DNA from: an uncultured Clostridia bacterium
GTDB taxonomy: Bacteria > Bacillota > Clostridia > Christensenellales > Borkfalkiaceae
NCBI GenBank assembly: GCA_944340685.1
Contig: CALVLR010000155.1
Coordinates: 1 to 45,593 of the forward strand
Reading direction: 5' to 3'
DNA length: 45,593 nt
The notes under the pieces: generated by a model
Database searches by the model: none
What the model was told of the DNA's origin: nothing
The model's input: the letters and a program-made list of their open reading frames with translations, nothing else
Shown here: one piece after another, positions 7,706 through 16,520 of the stretch
How the letters are laid out: each line of letters starts with the position of its first letter
How positions within the stretch are numbered: position 1 is the first letter of the stretch
Made by a program: the position numbers and the translations under genes

Positions 7706-9924
7706 AGGTTCTTGTCGCCGAGCATTGCGGCTTTTGTGCAGGCGTGAAAAAGGCCGTGGATACCGCGCTCTCCGTTCCGGTCGAAAACACGTTTATACTC
7801 GGCGAACTTATTCATAACGTGGATGTTATCGCGCGTATACGCGCGCGCGGACTGATTGTAGTGGATGGGCTGGAAGAGGTCCCCGACGGCGCCACGCTGC
7901 TCATCCGTTCGCACGGCGTGGGGAAAGAGATTTATGCGGTCTGCGCCGCGCGTTCGATCAGCGTTGTCGACTGCACCTGTTCTTTCGTCCGCCGTACGCA
8001 GAAGATCGTGGAGGAGGCTTCGGCAGCGGGAAAAACCGTCGTGATCGCGGGGCATCGGGAGCATCCGGAAGTTAAGGGGCTTGTCGGGTGGTGTTCGGGG
8101 GAAGTCTTTGTATTTGATTCCGCCGACGATGATTTTTCGCCGCTGTGCGGAAAAGACGTGGTTTTGGTCTCTCAAACGACCTTTTCCGTGCAAAGATTTT
8201 CGAAAATTGCGGAAAATCTTCAAAAAGTACGTCCAAAAACAGTTGAGATTTTCCAAACAATTTGCTATACTACTATCTGCAGGCAGAGAGAGGCCGCAGA
8301 GATCGCAAAGCAGGCAGACGCAGTGCTCGTGATCGGCGGGCTCAACAGCAGCAATACCAACAAATTGGGCGAAATTGCGTCCATGTACTGCAAACGGGTG
8401 ATCCGTTTGAGGAACGCGGACGATTTCGAATATGAAAAAATCAAAAATTTTAAGAGGGTCGGTGTGATTGCGGGAGCGAGCACTCCCGATTGGCTGACCT
8501 CGGAGGTTCTCAGCAAAATGGCAGAAAACAACGCGGAAGTACAGAACGAGACGGTCGCTCAGGCTCAGGCGCCCGTCGCAGAGGAAACGGTAAACGCACC
8601 CGTCGCAGAAGAAGTCGTAGCTCAGGCGGCTCCCGAAGCAGAGGCGGCAGATGAAAAGCCCACGATGGCAAAGGTCATCGAGAACATCGATCGCGAAACG
8701 CCCTATAAGCGCGGACAGCTTCTCACCGTGAAAATCGTCTCTGCGAAGGAAGAAGGCGTCTACGTTTCCGTTTCGGGCAAGGGAGAGATCCTTGTGGAGA
8801 AGTCCGAACTCGACTGCGAGGAGTACGACCGTGCGGCATATGCGGAAAAGGTCGGCGAGAGCATCGACGTTATGGTCATCGATACAAAGCCCGTCAAACT
8901 TTCCGAAAAGGCAGTAAAGAAGGTCAAGGAAGAGGAAGCTCTCCTGAAAGACGTGGAAGAGGGCAAAGAGTTCTCCGTCGTCTGCACGGGCTTCAACAAG
9001 GGCGGTCTTACGGCAGAGCTCGGCACCTACGCGGTGTTTGTTCCTGCACGCGAGATCCGCGCGGGCTATGTGAAAGAGCTCGATAAAATGGTCGGCAAAA
9101 AGCTTCGCCTGAAAATGCTCGAGATCCGCAAGGAGCGCAGAAAAGAGATCATTGCCTCCCAGCGCGTGATTCTCGAAGCGGAGAAGGCTGCAAGAGAAGC
9201 TGCGAAGGCGGAAAAGGAAGCTGCGTTCTTCGATTCCATCAATGTCGGCGACGTGGTGGAAGGCAAGGTCGAAAGAGTTACTTCGTTCGGTGCATTTGTC
9301 TCCGTGAAAGGATTCGATTGCCTTGCGCACATCTCCGACCTCTCCTGGACGGGCGTCAAAGAAGTGACGGACGTTTTGGAGATCGGCAAGACGTATCAGT
9401 TCAAGGTCCTTAAAATCGACCGCGAGAATAAGAAAGTTTCGATCGGCTACAAGCAGCTGCAGCCCCGTCCTTGGGATACTGCCGCCGAGCGCTATGCCGA
9501 GGGCGACATCGTTCACGGCAAAGTTGTGCGCATCGTTCCGTTCGGTGCGTTCGTGGAACTTGAAAAGGGGATCGACGGCCTTGTACACGTCTCCCAGATC
9601 ACGCACGAATGGCTGGAAAATCCCACTTCCGCGCTGACGATCGGCGAAGAGGTGGATGCAAAGGTGCTTGCGTTTGATCCCGAGGCGCACAAGATCACGC
9701 TCTCCATCAAAGCATTGCAGCCTCGCCCCTGGCAGGAATCCCGCGATCGCGGCGACCGCGACGAGCAGCCCCGCGAAGGCGGCGAGAGAAGACGTTCCCG
9801 CAAGCAGAACCGCCGTACCGCGAGCGATTATGCCGATGAAGAAGAATACAGAGAGTGGAGCGACGGCGCATTCAGCGGCGCTTCCATTGCAGATCTTCTC
9901 GGCGGCAACGACGATAACAAGTAA
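7702..9924 (+). CDS. ispH: bifunctional 4-hydroxy-3-methylbut-2-enyl diphosphate reductase / ribosomal protein S1-domain protein
   Basis: The N-terminal ~280 aa are IspH/LytB (CGFCAGVKKAV, SHGV, VSQTT, NSSNT). These are followed by four S1 repeats (FGAFV...GxxHxS). GTG start at 7702 overlaps the plsC stop. Confidence 0.9.
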   Translation: MKVLVAEHCGFCAGVKKAVDTALSVPVENTFILGELIHNVDVIARIRARGLIVVDGLEEVPDGATLLIRSHGVGKEIYAVCAARSISVVDCTCSFVRRTQKIVEEASAAGKTVVIAGHREHPEVKGLVGWCSGEVFVFDSADDDFSPLCGKDVVLVSQTTFSVQRFSKIAENLQKVRPKTVEIFQTICYTTICRQREAAEIAKQADAVLVIGGLNSSNTNKLGEIASMYCKRVIRLRNADDFEYEKIKNFKRVGVIAGASTPDWLTSEVLSKMAENNAEVQNETVAQAQAPVAEETVNAPVAEEVVAQAAPEAEAADEKPTMAKVIENIDRETPYKRGQLLTVKIVSAKEEGVYVSVSGKGEILVEKSELDCEEYDRAAYAEKVGESIDVMVIDTKPVKLSEKAVKKVKEEEALLKDVEEGKEFSVVCTGFNKGGLTAELGTYAVFVPAREIRAGYVKELDKMVGKKLRLKMLEIRKERRKEIIASQRVILEAEKAAREAAKAEKEAAFFDSINVGDVVEGKVERVTSFGAFVSVKGFDCLAHISDLSWTGVKEVTDVLEIGKTYQFKVLKIDRENKKVSIGYKQLQPRPWDTAAERYAEGDIVHGKVVRIVPFGAFVELEKGIDGLVHVSQITHEWLENPTSALTIGEEVDAKVLAFDPEAHKITLSIKALQPRPWQESRDRGDRDEQPREGGERRRSRKQNRRTASDYADEEEYREWSDGAFSGASIADLLGGNDDNK

Positions 9925-9940
9925 ATTTCCGGAAAATATA

Positions 9941-9968
9941 AAAAATCCGCTTTTGAGCGGATTTTTTT
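9941..9968 (+). terminator. intrinsic terminator after ispH-rpsA
   Basis: AAAAATCCGC-TTTTGA-GCGGATTTTT followed by extra Ts. Confidence 0.85.
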
Positions 9969-10029
9969 GTTTATATTCGAAGTTTCGCGGTTATATATGA
10001 TAGGAACGTAATTATAAGGAGCGTACAAA

Positions 10030-11847
10030 ATGGAAAAACAGGGCAACATCCGCATTGCAAGCGAAAATATGATGCCGATCATCAAAAAATGGCTGTATTC
10101 GGAGAAGGATATCTTCCTTCGCGAGATCGTGGCGAATGCACAGGACGCGATCACAAAGCATAAGAAGCTTGTTGATCTCGGCGAAGCGGCTGCGGAGGAG
10201 CACTACCGCGTCACCGTGACCACCGATCCCAAGGCGGGAACGCTGACGGTGGAAGACAACGGCATCGGCATGACGGAGGAAGAGGTCGAAAAGTATATCA
10301 CGCAGATCGCATTTTCCGGAGCGGCGGATTTCGTCGACAAGTACGAAAAAGCGGGCGGAGACGGCATTATCGGTCATTTCGGCCTTGGTTTCTATTCTGC
10401 CTATATGGTCTCGGAAAATATCGAGATCTTTACGAGATCCTATCGCGAGGGTGCGGCGGGCGTGCATTGGGAGTCGGACGGCAACGCGACCTATACGATC
10501 GGCGACTGCGAAAAAGAGACGCGCGGGACAAAGATCGTGATGCACCTTGCCAAAGAGGAAAAAGAATTCCTCAAAGAGAACGTCATCCGCGATCTTCTCC
10601 GCAAATACTGTTCGTTCATGCCCTATGAGATCTATCTGAACCCCAAGGGAAAGGATGACGAAAAACCCGTCAACGACACGCATCCGCTCTATCTCAAACA
10701 GCCTAAAGAGTGCACCGAAGAAGAGTACAAGTCCTTCTATCGCGATACCTTCATGGACTTCAACGAGCCGCTCTTCTGGATCCATCTGAACATGGAGTAT
10801 CCGTTCCGTCTGAAGGGGATCCTCTATTTCCCTAAGGTCAAAAAGCAGGTGGAATTGGAGCGCGGGAAGGTCAAGCTGTACTGCAATCAGGTGTATATTG
10901 CCGACAACATCAAGGAAGTCATTCCTGAATTTCTTATGCTCCTGAACGGCGTGATCGACTGCCCCGATATTCCGCTCAACGTTTCCCGTTCCTTCCTGCA
11001 GAACGACAAGCAGGTGCAGAAGATCGCAAAGCATATAACGAAAAAGGTTGCCGACAAGCTGATCGAGTTGTATAAAAACGACCGCGAGAAGTATGAGAAG
11101 TGCTGGCCGGATATTGCGACGTTCGTCAAGTTCGGATGCATCAAAGATGAGGATTTCTACAAGAAGGTAGAGGAGATCATCATCTACAAAAACCTTGCGG
11201 GCGAGTACCGCCCCGTGAGTTCGTTCTATGGGGAGGAGATCTCCGAGGAAGACGCCAAAAACGGCAAAGAGCCGCAGGCCGTCTATTATGTCTCCGATGA
11301 AAACAAGCAGGCGCAGTATATCAAAATGTTCAAAGATGCAGGTCTTGACGCCATTTACTGCGATACCTATATCGATCCGCACTTCCTGAGCTATCTGGAG
11401 TATAAAAACCCTGCGCGCGTGCGGTTTCTCCGCATCGATGCGGACGTTGCGGGCGCGCTCAAAGAGGAAGGCGGCGAAGACGACGACCTGAAAAAGCTCT
11501 TTGAAAAGGCACTCGAAGGCAAACATGTAACGGTGAGGACGGAAAAACTCAAAGATACCACCGTGCCTGCCGTTGTCAATGTTTCGGAATTTGCGCGCAG
11601 AATGAGCGAAATGCACAGCTTTTACGGTATGGGCGAATCTCCCGCCGACGTAACGCTTATCGTCAATGCGGGCAATCCCGCCGTGCAGGCGCTTAAGGCG
11701 GCAGCCGAAGAGGAACAGGGCAAAGCCGCGGAACAGATCTATTATCTGGCGCTCATGAATTATCGTCAGCTTACGCCAGAGGAACTGACGGCGTTTGTTT
11801 CGACAAGCACGCTGTTGCTCGAGAAATATTTAAAAAATGACCGATAA
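10030..11847 (+). CDS. htpG: molecular chaperone HtpG (Hsp90)
   Basis: Contains the Hsp90 ATPase motifs [20 protein letters not shown] and [10 protein letters not shown]. Length is 605 aa and an AAGGAG SD precedes the start. Confidence 0.93.
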   Translation: MEKQGNIRIASENMMPIIKKWLYSEKDIFLREIVANAQDAITKHKKLVDLGEAAAEEHYRVTVTTDPKAGTLTVEDNGIGMTEEEVEKYITQIAFSGAADFVDKYEKAGGDGIIGHFGLGFYSAYMVSENIEIFTRSYREGAAGVHWESDGNATYTIGDCEKETRGTKIVMHLAKEEKEFLKENVIRDLLRKYCSFMPYEIYLNPKGKDDEKPVNDTHPLYLKQPKECTEEEYKSFYRDTFMDFNEPLFWIHLNMEYPFRLKGILYFPKVKKQVELERGKVKLYCNQVYIADNIKEVIPEFLMLLNGVIDCPDIPLNVSRSFLQNDKQVQKIAKHITKKVADKLIELYKNDREKYEKCWPDIATFVKFGCIKDEDFYKKVEEIIIYKNLAGEYRPVSSFYGEEISEEDAKNGKEPQAVYYVSDENKQAQYIKMFKDAGLDAIYCDTYIDPHFLSYLEYKNPARVRFLRIDADVAGALKEEGGEDDDLKKLFEKALEGKHVTVRTEKLKDTTVPAVVNVSEFARRMSEMHSFYGMGESPADVTLIVNAGNPAVQALKAAAEEEQGKAAEQIYYLALMNYRQLTPEELTAFVSTSTLLLEKYLKNDR

Positions 11848-11862
11848 TTTCAAAAATGGGTC

Positions 11863-11891
11863 TTGACAACGGCTTTTTGGGCGCGTATAAT
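11863..11891 (+). promoter_or_regulatory. consensus sigma-A promoter for the cold-shock gene, followed by a ~75-nt structured 5'UTR
   Basis: TTGACA (11863-11868), a 17-nt spacer, then TATAAT (11886-11891). The UTR contains the hairpin CGTGGCGCA-TCGG-TGCGCACG. Confidence 0.7.
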
Positions 11892-11969
11892 AAAAAAGGC
11901 GTGAAAAAGCATGACTCGTGGCGCATCGGTGCGCACGTTTTACGACTGCGCGCCGAGGAGGACTCTATT

Positions 11970-12182
11970 ATGAACGGGACTGTAAAATGGTTCAATGACG
12001 GAAAGGGCTATGGGTTCATCGCAAACGACGAAGGGGGAGACGATGTATTCGTTCACTTCTCCGCGATCCAGACGGAGGGATTCCGTACGCTGAAGGAAGG
12101 GCAGAAGGTCTCTTTCGAGACGGAACCCGACCCCAAGGATACGGGAAAACTCCGTGCGGTAAATGTCGTACCGCTTTCCTGA
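11970..12182 (+). CDS. csp: cold-shock protein (CspA family)
   Basis: [17 protein letters not shown] carries RNP1 and VFVHFS carries RNP2. Length is 70 aa and a GAGGAGG SD precedes the start. Confidence 0.93.
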   Translation: MNGTVKWFNDGKGYGFIANDEGGDDVFVHFSAIQTEGFRTLKEGQKVSFETEPDPKDTGKLRAVNVVPLS

Positions 12183-12196
12183 AGAAAAGTCAACAC

Positions 12197-12230
12197 AAAA
12201 AAAGCGCAAGAATGATCTTGCGCTTTTTTT
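12197..12230. terminator. bidirectional intrinsic terminator between csp (+) and spoVG (-)
   Basis: The stem GCGCAAGA-ATGA-TCTTGCGC is flanked by an A-run and a T-run. Confidence 0.85.
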
Positions 12231-12240
12231 GTGGAACAAA

Positions 12241-12510
12241 TTATTCTTTTTCCGCAAGCATACGGCGATATTCCGTAAGGATCACGTCCTGCAACTGTTC
12301 CCGCGTCTCCGTGTTGAGCGGGTGAGCGATGTCTTTATATTTGCCGTCCGAGGTCTTTCTGCTGGGCATCGCGATCGCAAAACTTTCTTCCCGTTCGAAT
12401 ATCTTGATGTCATGCACGACGAAGCAATCGTCAATGGTGACGGAAGCCACCGCCTTGAGTTTGCCGTCGGTGTTGCGGACCTCGCGGATCCGAACGTCTC
12501 CGATTTTCAT
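12241..12510 (-). CDS. spoVG: septation/sporulation regulator SpoVG
   Basis: MKIGDVRIR...GKLKAVASVTIDDCFVVHDIKI...FAIAMPSRK is the canonical SpoVG sequence. A GGAGGG SD precedes the start. Confidence 0.93.
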   Translation of the reverse strand: MKIGDVRIREVRNTDGKLKAVASVTIDDCFVVHDIKIFEREESFAIAMPSRKTSDGKYKDIAHPLNTETREQLQDVILTEYRRMLAEKE

Positions 12511-12543
12511 AATGTTTGCCCTCCTGCTCCCTTCTTACTCACT

Positions 12544-12572
12544 ATATTATCATATTTTTCGGATAAATTCAA
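12544..12572 (-). promoter_or_regulatory. sigma-A type promoter for spoVG
   Basis: Read on the minus strand: TTGAAT, a 17-nt spacer, then TAATAT. Confidence 0.5.
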
Positions 12573-12656
12573 TAATTTTGCCAAAAAAATTCTCTCTTTT
12601 TGTAACTGTTCTTGGAAATATGTCACAAAAAATATGTCTGCGGCATAAAATGCGAT

Positions 12657-14012
12657 ATGTCTTTCGATCGTTTTTTGCTCGGAAAGAGCTGTTACTTTGT
12701 GGGGATCGGCGGCGTGAGCATGAGCGCTCTGGCGCTTTTGCTGCACGATCGCGGGTTTCATGTGCGCGGCTGCGATGCGCGCGCGAACGCGTTTACGCAG
12801 AAACTGCAGGCGCGCGGCGTGCCCGTGACGATCGGGGAGGAATCGATCGAGGAGGATGTTGTCGTATACACGGAGGCGGTCGATCTTCATGCCGCCTGCC
12901 TCGAAGCGGCGCGGAGGGCGGGGAAACGTCTTTTCAGCCGCGCGGAACTGCTGGGACGCATCGCGGAGGAATATCCGCACGTCCTGGCGGTCGCGGGGTG
13001 CCATGGAAAGACCTCCACGACAGCCATGCTTGCACATATTTTCCGACATGCAGACGTACCCTTTACCTGTCATATCGGCGGAGAGGACAGGGATATGGGA
13101 AACTATTACAGCACGGGGGAGGAATATTTTCTGACCGAGGCCTGTGAGTTCCGCCGCAGTTTTTTAAAACTCAGAAGCGAGATCGCAGTCGTGCTCAATA
13201 CCGATCTCGACCACACCGATTGCTATCACGACAGCGGTGAACTGTTGGAGGCATACCGCGCTTTTGCGGCGGGCGGACAGAAGGCGGTCGTCAATGCAGA
13301 CGATGAAGGCGCGCGCGATCTGGACCATGCGCTCTCCTTCGGGTTATACGCGGGGGATATCCGTGCAAAAAACCTGTTTGAGGAGCGTGAAGAGTACGCA
13401 TTTACTGTGTTTGAGGCGGATGTTCCCGTCGTCAGGATACGCCTGCATGTTCCGGGGAAAGTGCAGGTAAGCAACGCGCTCGCAGCATATGCCGCGGCGC
13501 GTCTTGCGGGCTTTTCTCCGGAAGCGATCAGGATCGGGCTGGAGAGTTTCCGCGGCGTGAAACGTCGGTTTGAGCAGATCGGTTTGATAGGTGGCGCTCC
13601 CGTTATCTGTGATTATGCCCATCATCCACGCGAAATATCCGCGGCGTTTGACGCGGCGGAGGGGATCTGTGCGGGCACCGTACGGCTCGTGTTTCAGCCG
13701 CACACTTATACGCGCACGCGCGATCTGATGAAGGATTTTGTCGCAGTCCTCAAAAGGGCGGAAAATCCCATCGTATATCGGACGTATGCGGCGCGGGAAG
13801 CGTTTTCCATGGACGGGAGCGCCGTTGCGCTGGTGAGCCGCGTTCCGGAGGCGATCTATGTGCAGTCTCCGGAAAATCTGAAAAAACGTCTCCTCGAACA
13901 GATCGTGGAGACGGATGTCGTACTTGTATTGGGCGCGGGAGATATTTATGACATTGTACGGGAGATCGTTGATCAAACGATGATCTCCGCACCTTTCTGC
14001 TCGCAGGAATAA
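12657..14012 (+). CDS. murC: UDP-N-acetylmuramate--L-alanine ligase
   Basis: Contains YFVGIGGVSMSALA and AVAGCHGKTSTTAM and has the Mur ligase architecture. The start is set at ATG 12657, 10 aa before the GIGG motif. No SD is visible and a TAAAAT -10-like hexamer lies 5 nt upstream. Confidence 0.88.
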   Translation: MSFDRFLLGKSCYFVGIGGVSMSALALLLHDRGFHVRGCDARANAFTQKLQARGVPVTIGEESIEEDVVVYTEAVDLHAACLEAARRAGKRLFSRAELLGRIAEEYPHVLAVAGCHGKTSTTAMLAHIFRHADVPFTCHIGGEDRDMGNYYSTGEEYFLTEACEFRRSFLKLRSEIAVVLNTDLDHTDCYHDSGELLEAYRAFAAGGQKAVVNADDEGARDLDHALSFGLYAGDIRAKNLFEEREEYAFTVFEADVPVVRIRLHVPGKVQVSNALAAYAAARLAGFSPEAIRIGLESFRGVKRRFEQIGLIGGAPVICDYAHHPREISAAFDAAEGICAGTVRLVFQPHTYTRTRDLMKDFVAVLKRAENPIVYRTYAAREAFSMDGSAVALVSRVPEAIYVQSPENLKKRLLEQIVETDVVLVLGAGDIYDIVREIVDQTMISAPFCSQE

Positions 14013-15118
14013 ACATAATCTGCAAACTGGCGGGCGCGGCGGGGCGACCTGCCTCCGCGGACAAGCGCCCACCGTTCTGCAAGCGCTTCCAGCGTCTCGG
14101 CAGGCGTTTTGAGTTTCATATCGGCGGCGACCGCACGGACGATGGCGAGATAGTCCTGTTTGTTCGTTCCGGCAAAGAGCACGGTAATGCCGAAACGGTC
14201 GGAAAGCGAGAGAAGCTCTTCTTCGCTGTCGCCCATATGCACGCTGTTCATGCGGGAAGAGAAATTTTCTTCCACGATATGTCTGCGGTTGCTGGTCGCC
14301 ACGATCATGACGTTCCCGACATGGCCTTCCATGCTGCCCTGCAGGGCGGCTTTTAATGTGGAAACGCGGTCGTCGCTCTCTTGTAACGAAAAATCATCGA
14401 TAAAGACAACAAACTTCATGGGTTCGCCGGCAAGCCTCGTTTTGAGCTCCGGAAGAGAGAGCACATTTTCCTTTGCGATCTCCACAAGGCGCAGCTTCTG
14501 ATCTGAAAAGAGATTGACCATTGCATGAACGGTGGAGGATTTTCCCGTGCCGCGGTCGCCGTAGAGAAGCATATCCGCGTAAGGAAGCCCATTGACAAAA
14601 TTTTCGAAATTATCGCGCACTTCCGCTTTTTCGCGCTCATAGCCTTTCAGGTCTGTGAGCGTGACTTCGGAAGGGGCGAGAACAGGGGTCAGTTCTCCGT
14701 TTTGGTAACGGAAAGCGTTGTGCAGAAGATAGCGGCCGTATCCGTACTTTTTATAGACGGAAGTCAGCCGCCGCACGGTTGTTTCGTCCCAATTCCCGAT
14801 TGGAGAGGGCGCTTTCCCCATGCGGAAACCGTCTTCCTCGCAGCCGGCGATGCATTCGCCGATCAGCGTGATGTCGGCAAGAAAAGCGTTCCGCACAAAA
14901 GGGGAGGCGTGTCCGCGGGCGGCGCAGGCGCGTGAAAATGCGTTTTCGTCCGTCAGAACGGCGTCTGCGAGATATGCCGCAAAACAGGTCTCTGCGCCGC
15001 GCTCATACAGCCTGCGCAGGAACTGCGTTCTATGTTTTTTGCCGTCCGCTTCCGCAAACGCGGAAATAAGCGGATCGTTCAGGATACCCGCCAGTACGGT
15101 AAGATGATCGAGCTTCAT
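13973..15118 (-). CDS. DUF815-family P-loop ATPase of unknown function
   Basis: Walker A is GDRGTGKSS and Walker B is VVFIDDF, followed by ATSNRRH. A GGAGA SD precedes the start. The 3' end overlaps the murC 3' end by 40 nt in convergent orientation. Confidence 0.7.
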   Translation of the reverse strand: MKLDHLTVLAGILNDPLISAFAEADGKKHRTQFLRRLYERGAETCFAAYLADAVLTDENAFSRACAARGHASPFVRNAFLADITLIGECIAGCEEDGFRMGKAPSPIGNWDETTVRRLTSVYKKYGYGRYLLHNAFRYQNGELTPVLAPSEVTLTDLKGYEREKAEVRDNFENFVNGLPYADMLLYGDRGTGKSSTVHAMVNLFSDQKLRLVEIAKENVLSLPELKTRLAGEPMKFVVFIDDFSLQESDDRVSTLKAALQGSMEGHVGNVMIVATSNRRHIVEENFSSRMNSVHMGDSEEELLSLSDRFGITVLFAGTNKQDYLAIVRAVAADMKLKTPAETLEALAERWALVRGGRSPRRARQFADYVYSCEQKGAEIIV

Positions 15119-15139
15119 AAATTCTCCGATTTTTGCTCT

Positions 15140-15168
15140 ATTATACCGCGTTTATGCAGAAATTGCAA
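15140..15168 (-). promoter_or_regulatory. sigma-A type promoter for the DUF815 gene
   Basis: Read on the minus strand: TTGCAA, a 17-nt spacer, then TATAAT, about 21 nt upstream of the ATG. Confidence 0.6.
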
Positions 15169-15206
15169 CCGTATGCAAAAATAATTAAAAAAATCCCGTT
15201 CATTGC

Positions 15207-15235
15207 TTGACGGGAAACGCGCAGGGGGGTATAAT
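15207..15235 (+). promoter_or_regulatory. sigma-A type promoter for ilvC
   Basis: TTGACG (15207-15212), a 17-nt spacer, then TATAAT (15230-15235). Confidence 0.65.
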
Positions 15236-15267
15236 ATTTGGGAACAGAAAAACGGAGGAATAACAAT

Positions 15268-16317
15268 ATGGCTCATAAAATTTATGATCCTGAAACGCAG
15301 GAAGCGCGCATCTTCCACGAGGCGGACTGCGATCTCAAGCGTCTCAACGGCAAAACCGTCGCCGTGATCGGCTTCGGCAGCCAGGGACACGCGCACGCGC
15401 TGAATCTCAAAGACAGCGGTGTGAACGTCATTATCGGTCTCAACAAGGGCGGCAGGACGTGGCCCATCGCAGAAAAAGCGGGCTTCAAAGTCTATCCCGT
15501 GAAAGAGGCTGCCGAGAAGGCTGACATCATTATGATGCTCACCCCCGACGAGAAGATGGCAGACATCTACAAAGAGAATGTTGCGCCTGTGCTTACAGAG
15601 GGCAAATATCTTGCGTTCGCGCACGGATTCAACATTCATTTCAAGCAGATCGTGCCTCCGGCAGATGTCAACGTATTCATGATCGCACCCAAAGGCCACG
15701 GTCACACGGTGCGCAGCGAGTATGTGGAGGGGCACGGCGTTCCCGACCTCGTGGCGGTCTATCAGGATCCCTCCGGCGATACGATGGATATTGCGCTTGC
15801 GTATGCGCTCGGCATCGGCGGCGCGCGCGCGGGCGTTCTGGAAACGACGTTCAAGTGCGAGACCGAGACGGATCTGTTCGGCGAACAGGCAGTCCTCTGC
15901 GGCGGCGTCACGGCGCTCATGAAAGCAGGGTTTGAGACGCTTGTCGAGGCAGGGTACGATCCTCGTAACGCATATTTTGAATGCATTCACGAGATGAAGC
16001 TCATCGTTGACCTTATCTATAACGGCGGCTTCAAGAAAATGCGCTATTCCATTTCCGATACGGCGGAATTCGGCGACTATGAGACGGGCAAGCGGCTGAT
16101 CACCGAAGACACCAAGAAGGAAATGAAGAAGGTGCTCACTGAGATCCAGGACGGCACGTTCGCTTCCAAGTGGATCTCCGAGAACAAGAGCGGCGGAAGG
16201 GCGCATTTCAATGCCTGCCGCGAGAGAGAAGCTGCGCATATGCTCGAAAAAGTGGGCGAGGAGCTTCGCGAGCTGTATTCCTGGAACAAGGAAGATAAAT
16301 ACAGCGAAACCAAATAA
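15268..16317 (+). CDS. ilvC: ketol-acid reductoisomerase
   Basis: [23 protein letters not shown] and the following class I KARI motifs are present. ATG at 15268 follows a GGAGG SD. Confidence 0.95.
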   Translation: MAHKIYDPETQEARIFHEADCDLKRLNGKTVAVIGFGSQGHAHALNLKDSGVNVIIGLNKGGRTWPIAEKAGFKVYPVKEAAEKADIIMMLTPDEKMADIYKENVAPVLTEGKYLAFAHGFNIHFKQIVPPADVNVFMIAPKGHGHTVRSEYVEGHGVPDLVAVYQDPSGDTMDIALAYALGIGGARAGVLETTFKCETETDLFGEQAVLCGGVTALMKAGFETLVEAGYDPRNAYFECIHEMKLIVDLIYNGGFKKMRYSISDTAEFGDYETGKRLITEDTKKEMKKVLTEIQDGTFASKWISENKSGGRAHFNACREREAAHMLEKVGEELRELYSWNKEDKYSETK

Positions 16318-16324
16318 AATCGTT

Positions 16325-16359
16325 TTCCCCTCCGGACTGACCCGAAGGGGAAATTTTTT
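16325..16359 (+). terminator. intrinsic terminator after ilvC
   Basis: TTCCCCTCCGG...CCGAAGGGGAA stem (one mismatch) followed by TTTTTT. Confidence 0.75.
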
Positions 16360-16423
16360 ACTGAGAAGCCGCTTCTTTCCGGAAAATTTTTTCAAAAAAA
16401 GAGAAAAAAAAGTAAATTGGGTA

Positions 16424-16452
16424 TTGAAACCGAGCGCAAAATATAGTATAAT
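16424..16452 (+). promoter_or_regulatory. sigma-A type promoter for the glg operon
   Basis: TTGAAA (16424-16429), a 17-nt spacer, then TATAAT (16447-16452). Confidence 0.6.
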
Positions 16453-16520
16453 ATAACCGATACGCAGCGGATATATCGTTGACGTATCAAATGCAAGGGG
16501 GATCGAGGTCCAAAGGAGAC

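Noticed and set aside
7642-9690. A 682-aa minus-strand ORF opposite ispH-rpsA.
   Set aside because: Its triplets are codon-aligned with the sense frame (both start at positions congruent to 1 mod 3). It therefore stays open simply because the sense codons TTA, CTA and TCA are rare in this genome. The predicted product is low-complexity and Arg-rich.
9969-10029. CIRCE or CtsR heat-shock operators upstream of htpG.
   Set aside because: I see no TTAGCACTC-N9-GAGTGCTAA or GGTCAAA repeat. A convincing -35/-10 pair could not be assigned either, so no promoter is reported.
12612-12656. A TTG 12612 start for murC.
   Set aside because: It adds 15 non-conserved, Cys-rich residues and has no SD. ATG 12657 gives the usual short N-terminus before GIGG.
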